From the IMG/VR virus record IMGVR_UViG_3300043331_001676, positions 1 to 64,000 of that record: DNA of 64,000 bases; one strand, written 5' to 3'. Below are positions 54,238 to 64,000 of the stretch, one piece after another. How positions within the stretch are numbered: the stretch's first letter is position 1; every line of letters begins with the position of its first letter. Below the pieces are notes generated by a model, which was given only the letters and a program-made list of their open reading frames with translations, was not told the DNA's origin and ran no database searches. Position numbers and translations under genes: made by a program. The stretch is from a virus.

Positions 54238-57081
54238 TTGGCACTTACATTGGGTGATTTAGTCGTTTTCCTTCGCGGGAATAGCGATCATTTAAATAAA
54301 AGCCTCGATTCCGCCGAGCAGAAGTCCCGCTCTGTGGCCGGCAACATCTCCGGCTTCTTTCAGAACGCCTTCTCCTTTATGACCGGACAGGTCATCACCA
54401 ATGCCTTAAGTGGCATTGTGAATAGCCTGGGCGCGGTCAAAGACGCCATGATCGGCGGCAATACTGCCTTCGAACAATATGAAACTCAATTCGCTGTTCT
54501 TTTAGGCAATGCGGATTTGGCCCAAGCCCGCCTGCAAGAATTGGCTGAATTTGGACAGAGGACACCTTTTGAATTACCGGAACTAACACAGGCCGACCGC
54601 ATTCTGCAATCCTTCGGCCTGCACGCCCCGGACGTTACCGCTCACTTCAAACAGATGGGCATTGACATCCGCACCATCACCGGGGATATCGCCGCCGGGA
54701 CCGGCGCTTCCTTCCAGGAAATTGCCACCCTTATTGGCCGCTTCAGCGCCGGGGCCACCGGCGAGGCTATCCAGCGCTTCCAGGAACTGGGCATCACCAC
54801 GCGGGCCGAGATGGCGGCGATGGGGGTTGAGTTCTCCAAATCAGGCGAACTAACCTCACCTCTGAATGAGGCTATGGACGTGGTGCTGCAACTGATGCAG
54901 CAGAAGTTCGGCGGGATGATGGAGGCCCAGAGCCAGACCCTGGGCGGGATGTGGTCTAATTTTCAGGACTGGGTCGGCAACGTGGCCCGGACCCTGGGCG
55001 AACCCATTTTCGACCGGCTCAAAGAGGGCCTGCAAGGCTTCCTGGAGCTGGTCCAACCCGGCTCGCCGGTAGATAACGCGGTCAAGGAATTTGCCAATAC
55101 CATCCGCCTGAGCCTGGACCTGATCGGCACGTTATTTCAGGCCCTGACCGGCGGCGGCCTGGGCGCGACCATCGAGAGCTGGGCCACTTCCCTTGTCAGC
55201 GCCCTGGAGCGGGTCAACGCCTTCCTGCGCCAGCTCAAGGACGAAATCCTGGGGCTGACCGCTGGCGACATACTGGGCGAGCTGGGGCCGGGGCTGGACG
55301 CCTTAAACCAGCAGATGAACCAGTCCCTGGCCGACCTGTCCAACCGGCACAACCAGACCATCTCCAGCTTGCAATCCCAACTGACCAATGCCGCCGATAA
55401 GTTGGGCCAGGACCTGGCCGCGATCAACGAGAAGTACGCCGATAAGATCGCCGATCTACAGGAGCGCCTGGTTGAGACGGCGGAGAGTTTTAGCGAACGG
55501 CTGAACGACCTGGCCGAAGCGCACGGCAAGCGCCGGGCCAAACTGGAAGAGCAGATCGCCAAAGCCGTTGCTGACCGGGAAGAAAAGCTGACCGAGCTGA
55601 AGGCCGAGCACGAGCGCCGGCGGCGGCAGCTCTCGACCGACCTGATGCTGGCCGAGAGCGAAGAGGAATATCTGCGCATCCAGGCCCAAATGCGGACCGA
55701 GGATGAAAAGTACGCCGAGCAAAAGAGCAAGGCCGAGAAGGCCGGCGACGAGCAGATTAGCGAGCTTCAGGCCCGGCTGGCCGAAGAGGACGCCGAGTAC
55801 GCCAAGCAGGAGGCCCGGCTTAAGGCGCAGCGCGATAAGGCCCTGGCCGATCTGAACGAACAACTGAGCAAGGTTGAAGCCGCCAAGGCCAAAGAAGTGG
55901 CCGAGGTCCAGAAGGCTTATGACCAGCAAGTGGCTGCGCTCAACGCCAAGATCGCCGCCGAGAATGCGGCCTACGCCCAGCAGCAGGAAGAGATCAGGGC
56001 GATGTACGCCCAGCGCATGGCCGATTTCGAGGCGGAAATTAACGCCCGTGCGGCGGCCATCGGCCAGGGGCCGGCGGCCCAGGTCGGGGCGATGATCCGG
56101 GACTGGATTGCCCGCTTTGATGAATTCAAGGCCAGTGCGGCGGCAGCCTGGGCTGAGGTCCAGCGGATCGTCGGCATCTTCCAGGAGCAGGGCCTTGGCG
56201 CGGGCCTGAGCGCCCTGGTAGAGCTAGCCACCCAGAAGCTGAACGACTTGACTACAGCCATCAACACCTGGGTCGCCGATCCGGCAGTGGTCGAGCAGTT
56301 CCGCACCTGGGGCCGCAACGCCGGGCAGGCCCTGGTAGATGGGATTGTGTCGCTCTTGACGGGGGAGGGCACCCAGAGCCTGGCCGGGGGTCTTTCCTCG
56401 GCCCTGCTGGGTGCCTGGGTCGCGATCAATACCCTGCCGATTGAGCTGGCAACCTACTTTGTGGAGGGCTTTATCGGGGCCGTGACCTCGGAGGAATCGG
56501 TCGAGCGGCTCAAGACCAGCATCGGTTCGGCCTTGCAGCAGGCCAGTGAGTGGTGGGGTCGGACCCTGGCCGAGTGGGCCGACAGCATCGCCGTGTGGCT
56601 GGCCGAGACCGCCGAGCGCTGGGGCAATGTTCTGACAGAGTTCAATTGGGGCAGCGTGGCCCAGAGCGTGGTGGATGGGGTCGGCGGGCCGTTATTATCC
56701 GGCTTAAGGGACCTGGCTTCTCAGGCCGCGGACGCCCTGCGCGGTATGGCCCAGCAGGGGATGGAGGCGATAGACGCCAACTCGCCCAGCAAGCTGTGGA
56801 TGCCGGTCGGTGAAGCGATGCCCGCCGGCGCCAGCGTGGGTTTTGAGAAAGGCTTGCCCGGTTTGCGCCAGACCATTGCCAAGAGTATGGAAGGGCTGGT
56901 CCCGCCGGCCAACCCGGCTTCGGCCTCGGCTATCGGCGGCTGGGTAACGAACAATATCAGCCTGCTTCAAACTAATAATCTACCCCAGGCCCCGGCGGGC
57001 TTTGACCGGCAGGGTCTGATGAACGACATTCAGCAGCAAACGCTGAATTTGCTGGAGCGGGTTTACACAACGGAGAGTTGA
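54238..57081 (+). CDS. Tape measure protein
   Basis: LAEFGQRTPFELPEL, FGGMMEAQSQTLGGMWSNFQD, NSPSKL..VGE. Confidence 0.92.
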   Translation: MALTLGDLVVFLRGNSDHLNKSLDSAEQKSRSVAGNISGFFQNAFSFMTGQVITNALSGIVNSLGAVKDAMIGGNTAFEQYETQFAVLLGNADLAQARLQELAEFGQRTPFELPELTQADRILQSFGLHAPDVTAHFKQMGIDIRTITGDIAAGTGASFQEIATLIGRFSAGATGEAIQRFQELGITTRAEMAAMGVEFSKSGELTSPLNEAMDVVLQLMQQKFGGMMEAQSQTLGGMWSNFQDWVGNVARTLGEPIFDRLKEGLQGFLELVQPGSPVDNAVKEFANTIRLSLDLIGTLFQALTGGGLGATIESWATSLVSALERVNAFLRQLKDEILGLTAGDILGELGPGLDALNQQMNQSLADLSNRHNQTISSLQSQLTNAADKLGQDLAAINEKYADKIADLQERLVETAESFSERLNDLAEAHGKRRAKLEEQIAKAVADREEKLTELKAEHERRRRQLSTDLMLAESEEEYLRIQAQMRTEDEKYAEQKSKAEKAGDEQISELQARLAEEDAEYAKQEARLKAQRDKALADLNEQLSKVEAAKAKEVAEVQKAYDQQVAALNAKIAAENAAYAQQQEEIRAMYAQRMADFEAEINARAAAIGQGPAAQVGAMIRDWIARFDEFKASAAAAWAEVQRIVGIFQEQGLGAGLSALVELATQKLNDLTTAINTWVADPAVVEQFRTWGRNAGQALVDGIVSLLTGEGTQSLAGGLSSALLGAWVAINTLPIELATYFVEGFIGAVTSEESVERLKTSIGSALQQASEWWGRTLAEWADSIAVWLAETAERWGNVLTEFNWGSVAQSVVDGVGGPLLSGLRDLASQAADALRGMAQQGMEAIDANSPSKLWMPVGEAMPAGASVGFEKGLPGLRQTIAKSMEGLVPPANPASASAIGGWVTNNISLLQTNNLPQAPAGFDRQGLMNDIQQQTLNLLERVYTTES

Positions 57082-57082
57082 A

Positions 57083-57493
57083 ATGAGCTATCCCCAGTAC
57101 AGCATCGGCCTGACCTATCCGCCCCAGAGTTTTGCCGCCTACAATCCCCCTATCCCCTGGCCGATGAAGTCCACGCCAGAGCTATATTCCGTTACCTTCC
57201 CTAGAGGCGACGGGACAATTTTCGGCGGGGGCTTTCCCTATACAACCCTCGTATTTCAATTTATTGACCAGGGTTCATTGAACCACCTGCTGAACCTCCT
57301 CACTATTGGCGGCGTTTTACACAAGTCTCGCTCCGGCATCTACCTCAAAACCCTTACCCCGGAAGATCAATCGCAGTTTGCAGTTTATACGACCATAATG
57401 ATGCTGCCCGACAAACTGGCCGACTACCGGCAGCCGGGTGGTTTTTATGCGGGCGTGCCTTTTGAATTTCGCCACCTTGAGCCATACCCCTGA
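57083..57493 (+). CDS. Distal tail protein-like
   Basis: Position directly after the tape measure gene. Confidence 0.55.
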   Translation: MSYPQYSIGLTYPPQSFAAYNPPIPWPMKSTPELYSVTFPRGDGTIFGGGFPYTTLVFQFIDQGSLNHLLNLLTIGGVLHKSRSGIYLKTLTPEDQSQFAVYTTIMMLPDKLADYRQPGGFYAGVPFEFRHLEPYP

Positions 57494-57501
57494 GCTGACC
57501 A

Positions 57502-60264
57502 ATGGCCGATTTACTGACCAGCGACCAGAAGACCAAGCAGCGTAGCGACGGCCACCGCAGTAAGTTCTACTTGTCCGTGGCCAGGCCGGTTGTTCTACTG
57601 ACTGCGACGGTCAACAACGGCTCGATTGCGATGGGCGCGACGACCATTGCCGTGGACAATGGTACCTCGATTGACCCGGCCCGCATCCGGGACAATACCA
57701 TGTTGCACGTGGTCACGGCCTACGGTGTGTACAAGGTGCGGATCATGTCGGCCTCGTTGTCCGGGTCAAACCCCAACCGGACCGGCACAATCGAGACGGA
57801 CTGCAACTCGATTCCGTGGGCCGACAACCAGACGGTCACGGTCTACGAGATGTTCGAGCCGTGCGTCATCCCGCCCACGTTTGACGCTACGACCGGCATC
57901 TCGACCAAGCGCCGGCAGACCTTCGCCGGCCAGACCGCGCAGCCCGGCCCTATCTGCAAGGCCGGCGTCCACCGGGCCGGCTTTGTCGAGGGCAGCCTGG
58001 TCTTTACCTTGAACGGCGTAGCTGAGGCGATGGCTCCGGGCGCGACCATCGTCTCGTGGGCCTGGTCCGCGACCATCGGCGCGATTGCTGCTCCGACCAG
58101 CCAGAATACGACCCTGACCCTGAACGCGCCGGGCGAGGGCTGGCTGTTTTTGACCGTGACCGATTCCAACGGCAAGACGCACACGGCGGTCCGCCACGTC
58201 TGGGGCCACGACCCGGACCCGGAGTCCGCCGACTACCCGTATAGCGACTTCTCAGTCGGCCAGATTTCGCTGACCTTCGACGGCGGGATGCAAATCCCGA
58301 TCAAGGTGACCGGCGTGGCCGACTTCACCGAGTTCGTGGACGGGGCGCTGGTCATGCTCTGGCGCGAGAGCTGGTTCGGCAGCGAGGCCGGCGCGATCAG
58401 CTTCATCACGAACGGCGCGGAGCAGTTGTTCCTGGGCTACATCGCCAAGGATACGATTGTGACCGACTCGGAGCACGGCACGGTCTCGTTTGAGGCCCAC
58501 GCCATGCCGGGCGTCATGAAGACCATGAATATGCAGGCGCTCAGTATCCACGCCGAGAGCACCTTGCAGTATTGGTTCCAGATGCCGACGTTTATGACCA
58601 TGCGCCACATGCTGTACTGGCTGCTTTACTGGCATAGCAATGTCCTGGAGCTGACCGACTGGTTCCTGCCGGCCAGCACAATCAAGAAAAAGTTATTCTC
58701 GTTCAACGAGGGATCGCTCTACAGCCAGGCCCAGGACTGCGCCGGCAAGTTGTTGGCCCAGATCGGCTGCGACTGGGCGGGCCGTATGTTCGTCGAGCAG
58801 GATGTCCAACTCCTGCCGACTGTGGCCGAACGGGATGCCATCGAGGTTGTCAGCGACATTACCAGCCGGGACTGGCGGGGCGAGCAGACCATCATCCGCC
58901 GCCAGCACAATGAAGCGGCAAAAGTCGAGGTCAAGGGCTTCGCCTTCGACGGGGTGAATGTCATCCCGCACTGTTCGGTCGCCCCGTCCCGTATCCCGGC
59001 CACTCGCGGCAGCAAGCGCAGCGTGGATGGCCTGATGGTGGTAAACCAGCTCTATACCGACCAGCTCGCGGGCCGGCTGTACGGCAAGGCCAACAACGAG
59101 TACGAGGATGTCAGGATGCCGTTCGCCGGGGATTACTCGGTCTGCTGCCCGTTCCCGCAGCGTTGGTGGCGCATGAGCCTGGCAGCCGGCGACACCGGGC
59201 GCGGGATCACCGAGACCGACCTGCGCATGCTGCCCAGAGTGGTCAACCTGGAGCTGGACATGGAGAACGGCTGCGTCATCGCCGACGCGGTTTTTGAGCC
59301 AGAGGTCAATGTCCCGGACGGAATCGCCGTGACCTGCCCGGGTACCGGCGACGACCCGCCCGCAGCCAGTCCGCCCTGGCCGCCGACCCCGCCTCCCGGT
59401 GGTGGCGGTTCAATCGGCTTGCCGGCGTTGCTCACCTTCAGCAGCGCCCAGTACCGCGATGACAACGCCGCCGAGTGGAGCGAGTGGAACGCCGCCGTGG
59501 CCACAGGCGGGTATGTTGACCCGTTCTGGAAGCAGAAGCAGGGATCGGCCAACCCGGCCCAGGCCCTGGCCTGGATGAACACCGATGCCGCCACGATCAG
59601 CCAGGTCACGGCCAGCGGGATCACGCCCCGGCAGCCGGCCACGGACCCGCCGAACAGTTGGGGCGACGATCCGGCCCCGACCATCGAGGAGTGCCACATC
59701 GTCCGCAGCATCGGCAGCCGCTTTGTCCAGAATAAGCATTATGCCCTGGTTGGCTTTACCAACGGCTCGAATGAGTGGCGCGGCTGGCTCGCCGTGACCG
59801 AGAACGACTGGCAGGACGTTGAGTGGGTGACCCTGTTTGAGGGCGGCAACGGCGAGACCCGGCCTTTGTGGCTGGCCGAGGATGGGCAGGACGGCTCGCT
59901 GCTGTACGTGACCGTCTGGCAGGATGGGACGCTGTATCTGGACAGGTGGACCACGGCCACCATGACCCTGACCGCCTCGGTTGACCTGGGTGACGTGGCC
60001 GACATCGCCGACATAGATGCCTTTGTCTGGTGGGCCGGTGTGGCAACTGCGCCCGGAGACAAGAACCTGGTCTTTGTTTTTGGCCGGTTGAACGACCCGG
60101 CTGGCCTGGGAACGCAGCATATCGTCAAGAGCCAGAATGGAGGAGCGACGTTGCAAAGCGTGATTGGCAATTGGGGCAGCGACTATTGTGCTGATTTTCA
60201 CGTCAGCGAGACTTCGGGCGGCAACCGCAAGTGGTATGCCGTCCGGGTAGCGGCAGGGAACTGA
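57502..60264 (+). CDS. Tail tip / hub protein with PKD-like and beta-propeller-like parts
   Basis: IVSWAWS...LTVTDSNGK Ig/PKD motif, Pro linker, SQNGGAT Asp-box-like motif. Confidence 0.7.
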   Translation: MADLLTSDQKTKQRSDGHRSKFYLSVARPVVLLTATVNNGSIAMGATTIAVDNGTSIDPARIRDNTMLHVVTAYGVYKVRIMSASLSGSNPNRTGTIETDCNSIPWADNQTVTVYEMFEPCVIPPTFDATTGISTKRRQTFAGQTAQPGPICKAGVHRAGFVEGSLVFTLNGVAEAMAPGATIVSWAWSATIGAIAAPTSQNTTLTLNAPGEGWLFLTVTDSNGKTHTAVRHVWGHDPDPESADYPYSDFSVGQISLTFDGGMQIPIKVTGVADFTEFVDGALVMLWRESWFGSEAGAISFITNGAEQLFLGYIAKDTIVTDSEHGTVSFEAHAMPGVMKTMNMQALSIHAESTLQYWFQMPTFMTMRHMLYWLLYWHSNVLELTDWFLPASTIKKKLFSFNEGSLYSQAQDCAGKLLAQIGCDWAGRMFVEQDVQLLPTVAERDAIEVVSDITSRDWRGEQTIIRRQHNEAAKVEVKGFAFDGVNVIPHCSVAPSRIPATRGSKRSVDGLMVVNQLYTDQLAGRLYGKANNEYEDVRMPFAGDYSVCCPFPQRWWRMSLAAGDTGRGITETDLRMLPRVVNLELDMENGCVIADAVFEPEVNVPDGIAVTCPGTGDDPPAASPPWPPTPPPGGGGSIGLPALLTFSSAQYRDDNAAEWSEWNAAVATGGYVDPFWKQKQGSANPAQALAWMNTDAATISQVTASGITPRQPATDPPNSWGDDPAPTIEECHIVRSIGSRFVQNKHYALVGFTNGSNEWRGWLAVTENDWQDVEWVTLFEGGNGETRPLWLAEDGQDGSLLYVTVWQDGTLYLDRWTTATMTLTASVDLGDVADIADIDAFVWWAGVATAPGDKNLVFVFGRLNDPAGLGTQHIVKSQNGGATLQSVIGNWGSDYCADFHVSETSGGNRKWYAVRVAAGN

Positions 60265-60269
60265 TCAAG

Positions 60270-61514
60270 ATGGCTGATTTCAACACGTTAGTCACAGATG
60301 TTTTTAGCGGCAGCACGCCGGTCTCCAACGGGGTGGACAAGCTGTACAACGTATCCGGCAAGACGGTCCAGGAGTGGGATTTGGCGACCGGCCTCTCGAC
60401 GTCGCTGGACCAGGTGGGAGACGACAACGACGGCCTGGCCTTCGTGGCCTGGTTTAAGGGGGCGTTGTACGCCCTCTGGACCGACGAAAGCCCGTTCGAT
60501 GTAGGCATTTCGGTCTGGGACGGCGACTCGTGGAGCCGCGTCTGGACGCCCGACCCGGCCATCAATAGCGCGTTAGCTACGGGTATCTGGGCTACGGCCA
60601 GCCAATTAGTAGCCCTGCCCGGCGCTTACGAGAACCCCGGCTCGGTCCGGCAGGGCTGCGTCTATTCGTCGAACGGCAGCAGTTGGAGCCAGGGGACGGT
60701 GGAGGGCGACAGTGGCTTGATCTTGATACCGGACGGCCCGGTGCTGACCCACGACTCGATTTATCTGAAAGGGTCGTCGGAACACCTGAACCCGCTGGCC
60801 GACGCGCACCTGTACCGCTGGAGCGGCAGCGACTGGGTGAACGTGGTGGACAGCTTTGGCTCGATGTTCAGCGGCACACCGTATCCGTATCTGATCGCGG
60901 TGAGTTGGGACAAGTTCTGGCGCTTTGAGGCGGCCACGCCGGAGACCCGCTACGCCGAGACTGTCACCGGGAGCTGGACGACGACGCCCGACAACGAGTC
61001 GGCCTTGACCATGCTGCCGGTCTACCAGATCAACATGCCCCGAACGTATGGCGCGGCCTCCGGCTTCAGCTTCTTGCAGGCGTGGCTGGACGATACCGAG
61101 GAGTGGGAAGCCGGCGTGTTTGACACCTGGGTGTTGGCGACTTACGGCAGCAACGTCCAGTTTCTGGTCAGGGTGGCCAGCGGTGATGTCTACATGGGCG
61201 TCCAGAAGGCCAGCCCATTTGCCTACAACCTGCTGAAGCGCAGCGCCCCGTTACCGTTCTCGGAGGACCCGAACGTGAGCAAGTTCTACCAGGGCGTCGA
61301 GGGCCTGACCTTACGCTCCAGCCTGCCGTTCAAGAGCGTCCGGCCCGGCAACATGGCCGTGCGCGGCGACGGCAAGGTGGCCATCGGCAACGGCGGCGGG
61401 ACCGGGCCGGCTGTGGTGACCGGCCAGGCCGGCGACAACTACGCCACGTGGACCGACAGGACCGGCAATCATCCCGCCCTGACAAATGGGGTGGTCTGGA
61501 TCAACGGTGAGTAA
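60270..61514 (+). CDS. Trp-rich beta-propeller-like tail protein
   Basis: WDGDSWS, SSNGSSW, WSGSDW repeats. Confidence 0.65.
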   Translation: MADFNTLVTDVFSGSTPVSNGVDKLYNVSGKTVQEWDLATGLSTSLDQVGDDNDGLAFVAWFKGALYALWTDESPFDVGISVWDGDSWSRVWTPDPAINSALATGIWATASQLVALPGAYENPGSVRQGCVYSSNGSSWSQGTVEGDSGLILIPDGPVLTHDSIYLKGSSEHLNPLADAHLYRWSGSDWVNVVDSFGSMFSGTPYPYLIAVSWDKFWRFEAATPETRYAETVTGSWTTTPDNESALTMLPVYQINMPRTYGAASGFSFLQAWLDDTEEWEAGVFDTWVLATYGSNVQFLVRVASGDVYMGVQKASPFAYNLLKRSAPLPFSEDPNVSKFYQGVEGLTLRSSLPFKSVRPGNMAVRGDGKVAIGNGGGTGPAVVTGQAGDNYATWTDRTGNHPALTNGVVWINGE

Positions 61515-62356
61515 TGGATATTAGAGACGTAAGAAAGGCCAGGCAGCGGCATGAGCGGCAGTTCGCCCAGGAGACGGTCGTCTTCAACGGCGACACGGTG
61601 GCCCTGAACGGCACGACCGCCGTCATCGGGGTGCCGAACCACGTCTACGTGCAGCCGTGGGAAGGCGGCGACCCGTTTGCCGTCTTTAACCGCAACGTCA
61701 AGGCCAACCGGCCCAGAGTGGCCGTCCAGGTCGGTTTCGCGCCGTATTCCTCGGTGTTGGAGATTTTGAGGACGGTCATTGACACGTCCTACCTGATCGA
61801 GGCCATCGAGGGCCTGGATGTCGGGCCGCATGCCGGCAGCCACCGGGTAGACGGCGACGACCCGCTGTTTGTTGAGGAGCGAGCTATCCTGTCGCTCCTG
61901 ACCTACCCGACCGGCCAGGAGGCCATCGAGGTCCACGTCTCCAATTATGGCTATTGGGCTGATAGCGGGGTCTGGCAGGTCTTTCCAGGCTACCAGAATT
62001 TTAGCCTGGCCGCGTACCAGCCGGGTTCAGGCTCCCTGCTGGCCCTGGTGTACCTGGACCTGACCACGAACACGCTCGGCGTGGCCGTGGGCGAGACGAT
62101 TGCCCAGGACACCCTGGCCATCATCCCCCCACCGCCCGGCTTGCCGGCGACCCCTGGGAGTGCCACGCCGAGCGCCTTTGTCCGGCTGCGGGCCAGCGCG
62201 ACCGAGATAGGATGGGGTGAGATTTTTGGAGCGCGGGACATTCTGTCTACGTCGGGCCGGCTGCTGACGCTGCGCCAGGATATGATAGAGCTGCTGGCTT
62301 CACAGGAAAATGAATTTGATTTGGCCCTGACGGCGCATGCCGTAAACGGCTGGTAA
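61514..62356 (+). CDS. Minor tail / baseplate protein
   Basis: HAGSHRVDGDDP motif; position. Confidence 0.6.
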   Translation: MDIRDVRKARQRHERQFAQETVVFNGDTVALNGTTAVIGVPNHVYVQPWEGGDPFAVFNRNVKANRPRVAVQVGFAPYSSVLEILRTVIDTSYLIEAIEGLDVGPHAGSHRVDGDDPLFVEERAILSLLTYPTGQEAIEVHVSNYGYWADSGVWQVFPGYQNFSLAAYQPGSGSLLALVYLDLTTNTLGVAVGETIAQDTLAIIPPPPGLPATPGSATPSAFVRLRASATEIGWGEIFGARDILSTSGRLLTLRQDMIELLASQENEFDLALTAHAVNGW

Positions 62357-62368
62357 GGAGAGGCATTT

Positions 62369-62863
62369 ATGTACGGAAACACCGGGCCGGGAGACGGAAC
62401 CGGCACAAGTAAGTTCGTCCGGGTCAACAGCCGGGGCGAGCTGATGGATGGCCGGGTGGCCGAGTTGCAGTCCGAGGAGACGCTAAACGACAGCGACAAA
62501 ACGCTGACGGTGCCGGCAGGCTCCGAGTGGGAGGTGCTGTCCATTTACGTCGAGTTGGTGACCACGGCCACCGTGGGCAACCGGCAGATGGCAATCTATT
62601 TCACGGATGAGGCGGATGACATCATCGGCCAGGTGCGGGCCGGGGCGGTGCAGGCGGCCAGCCTGACCCGCTTTTACCAGTTTGCAGCCGGCTTGCCGGA
62701 TTTGGCCGCGTTCCGGGACACCGACTGGCTTTCGACCCCGCTGCCGGCTGGCCTGGTCCTGCCGGCTGGCTACAAGATCAGGGTTTTTGATAAGGCGGCC
62801 ATAGACGCGGCGGCGGACGATATGGATGTCCAGGTGATGGTCAAGGAGAGGCTGGTACCGTAA
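62369..62863 (+). CDS. Minor tail protein (jelly-roll-like)
   Basis: LTVPAGSEW...LVLPAGYKIRV. Confidence 0.6.
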   Translation: MYGNTGPGDGTGTSKFVRVNSRGELMDGRVAELQSEETLNDSDKTLTVPAGSEWEVLSIYVELVTTATVGNRQMAIYFTDEADDIIGQVRAGAVQAASLTRFYQFAAGLPDLAAFRDTDWLSTPLPAGLVLPAGYKIRVFDKAAIDAAADDMDVQVMVKERLVP

Positions 62864-63078
62864 TGGCGCAGTTGATCCATGCCCGTAGCCTGTATATCGG
62901 CACGTCCGCCGAGCGCACAGCGACCACGCCGCCCGCCGACGCGGCTGGCCTGGGTTGGTGGGACACCGACCAGGAGACGATGTACTTCTGGTCCGGCACG
63001 GCCTGGGAGGCCGGAAGCGGGATTGGCGGTCAGACGCCGCCAGCACTCAAGATTTGGATAAGTAGGAATTTCAGGTGA
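62863..63078 (+). CDS. Small tail-associated protein
   Basis: WWDTD..TMYFWSGTAW. Confidence 0.6.
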   Translation: MAQLIHARSLYIGTSAERTATTPPADAAGLGWWDTDQETMYFWSGTAWEAGSGIGGQTPPALKIWISRNFR

Positions 63079-63086
63079 GGTGAAGT

Positions 63087-63476
63087 ATGCCAGCAAATAT
63101 TGATCCAATTTTTACGCTGACGCCGGTCATCGGCATGGCCGCGTTCGATTCGGCCAACACGAACCGGGACGGCTCCGGGACGTTGGCCGACCTGGTGACC
63201 GGGGCAACCAATGGGACGTTGGTCGAGTACGTTGTTTTCAAGGCCACTGTCTCGACCACGGCGGGTATGATTCGGCTGTTTATCCATGACGGTACGAACA
63301 ACAGGCTGCTGGATGAGCTAGAGGTAGACGCCATCACCGTCAGCGCCACGCAGAAGGCTTGGAAGGGTATCTATTACCCCGACTGGTCGCTGGTGCTGCC
63401 GGTCAACCATATATTGAGGGTTGCCACGCACATAGGCGAGATGTTCCACGCCGTCGCCTTTGGAGGCAATTACTGA
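63087..63476 (+). CDS. Minor tail protein
   Basis: ANTNRDGSGT...IRLFI...LVLP. Confidence 0.6.
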   Translation: MPANIDPIFTLTPVIGMAAFDSANTNRDGSGTLADLVTGATNGTLVEYVVFKATVSTTAGMIRLFIHDGTNNRLLDELEVDAITVSATQKAWKGIYYPDWSLVLPVNHILRVATHIGEMFHAVAFGGNY

Positions 63477-64000
63477 TGACCAGGATGCCGGTGCTGCGCG
63501 GCCAGAAACAGCACGTGCAGTCGTTCTCGTACAACCGCAAAGAGGTCTACGAGCCGAGCAGCGAGATCGTCATTGACAGGTCCTCGCACCATGCTCACTT
63601 CAATGACCTGCTGGCGGCGATTTTGTGGAAAAAGGCGCATTTGCCGCAGCACCAGGTTGTGTTTCGCCTGGGGCCGGGCGAATGGATTTTCAACGGCAGC
63701 ATTGCTCTGCCTGGAATCAGCCTCAAGGGCAGCGGCAGAGGCGTGACGATTATCAGGCTGTTCAAGGGAGCTATGAGTATCCTGGTCAATCCTGAGATCA
63801 GCCAGGACGCGGAGACTGGCATTGTCCTGTCCGACTTTTCGCTGTATGTAGAAGATTCGGTGTCTACAATTCTGGCGCTTGGGATGGCTATTTCGGGTGG
63901 AGCGACCAAAACCGTATTATGTCACAACGTTGATCTGAACCTGGCGGTCGGCGCTGCGGCCTCGGCCTACGGGTTTTATAATGTCGCCAATCAAGTGACG
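63476..64000 (+). CDS. Tailspike / beta-helix receptor-binding protein, truncated by the window end
   Basis: ATG 63476, open to the end; LGPGEW...ISLKGSGRGVTII pectin-lyase-like start. Confidence 0.65.
   Translation, partial: MTRMPVLRGQKQHVQSFSYNRKEVYEPSSEIVIDRSSHHAHFNDLLAAILWKKAHLPQHQVVFRLGPGEWIFNGSIALPGISLKGSGRGVTIIRLFKGAMSILVNPEISQDAETGIVLSDFSLYVEDSVSTILALGMAISGGATKTVLCHNVDLNLAVGAAASAYGFYNVANQVT

Larger units (their letters stand above)
1..64000. mobile_element. Temperate siphovirus-like phage genome segment, probably excised/virion form
   Basis: Serine integrase, CI/Cro switch, replication genes, terminase-portal-MuF-scaffold-capsid-tail-tape measure order; phage genes on both sides of the integrase; no host genes seen. 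Confidence 0.95.

Noticed and set aside
57502-64000. Diversity-generating retroelement or invertible tail-fibre cassette
   Set aside because: No reverse transcriptase, template/variable repeat pair or invertase visible in the window.

Overview
The whole window is one GC-rich temperate tailed (siphovirus-like) phage genome segment; I see no host housekeeping genes. Layout: (1) leftward early operon, 1-6.7 kb (AAA_24/Sak4-like ATPase, HAD nucleotidase, hypotheticals); (2) divergent CI/Cro-like switch with a small accessory operon, 6.7-9.1 kb; (3) large serine integrase with a probable attP inside its own 3' end, which implies the excised/virion form; (4) rightward replication and DNA-modification arm, 11.3-32.8 kb (RecU-like nuclease, Mom-like GNAT, DUF5131, N6/N4 methyltransferase, initiator with ori, DnaC-like loader, DndC-like PAPS reductase, ParB, multi-HTH protein, Cas4-like nuclease, SAM methyltransferase, DpdA-like transglycosylase, second TGT-like protein, TadE fusion); (5) morphogenesis arm, 32.8-64 kb (terminases, portal, MuF with a metallopeptidase tail, scaffold, capsid, glycosyltransferase, tail genes, tape measure, tail tip, truncated tailspike). 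A Chloroflexota (Anaerolineae-like) host is my inference from protein motifs and repeat families, not a database result. The most unusual signals are: three families of ultra-short (18, 21, about 24 bp, frame-preserving) insertion units that nest inside each other and inside genes; a 12-bp palindrome AAACG(A/C)GCGTTT, about 14 copies, sitting at gene-cassette boundaries; a stacked set of DNA-modification enzymes including two TGT-fold proteins and an orphan DndC; and an attP resembling a tRNA-Gly 3' end. All family calls come from motif recognition by eye.
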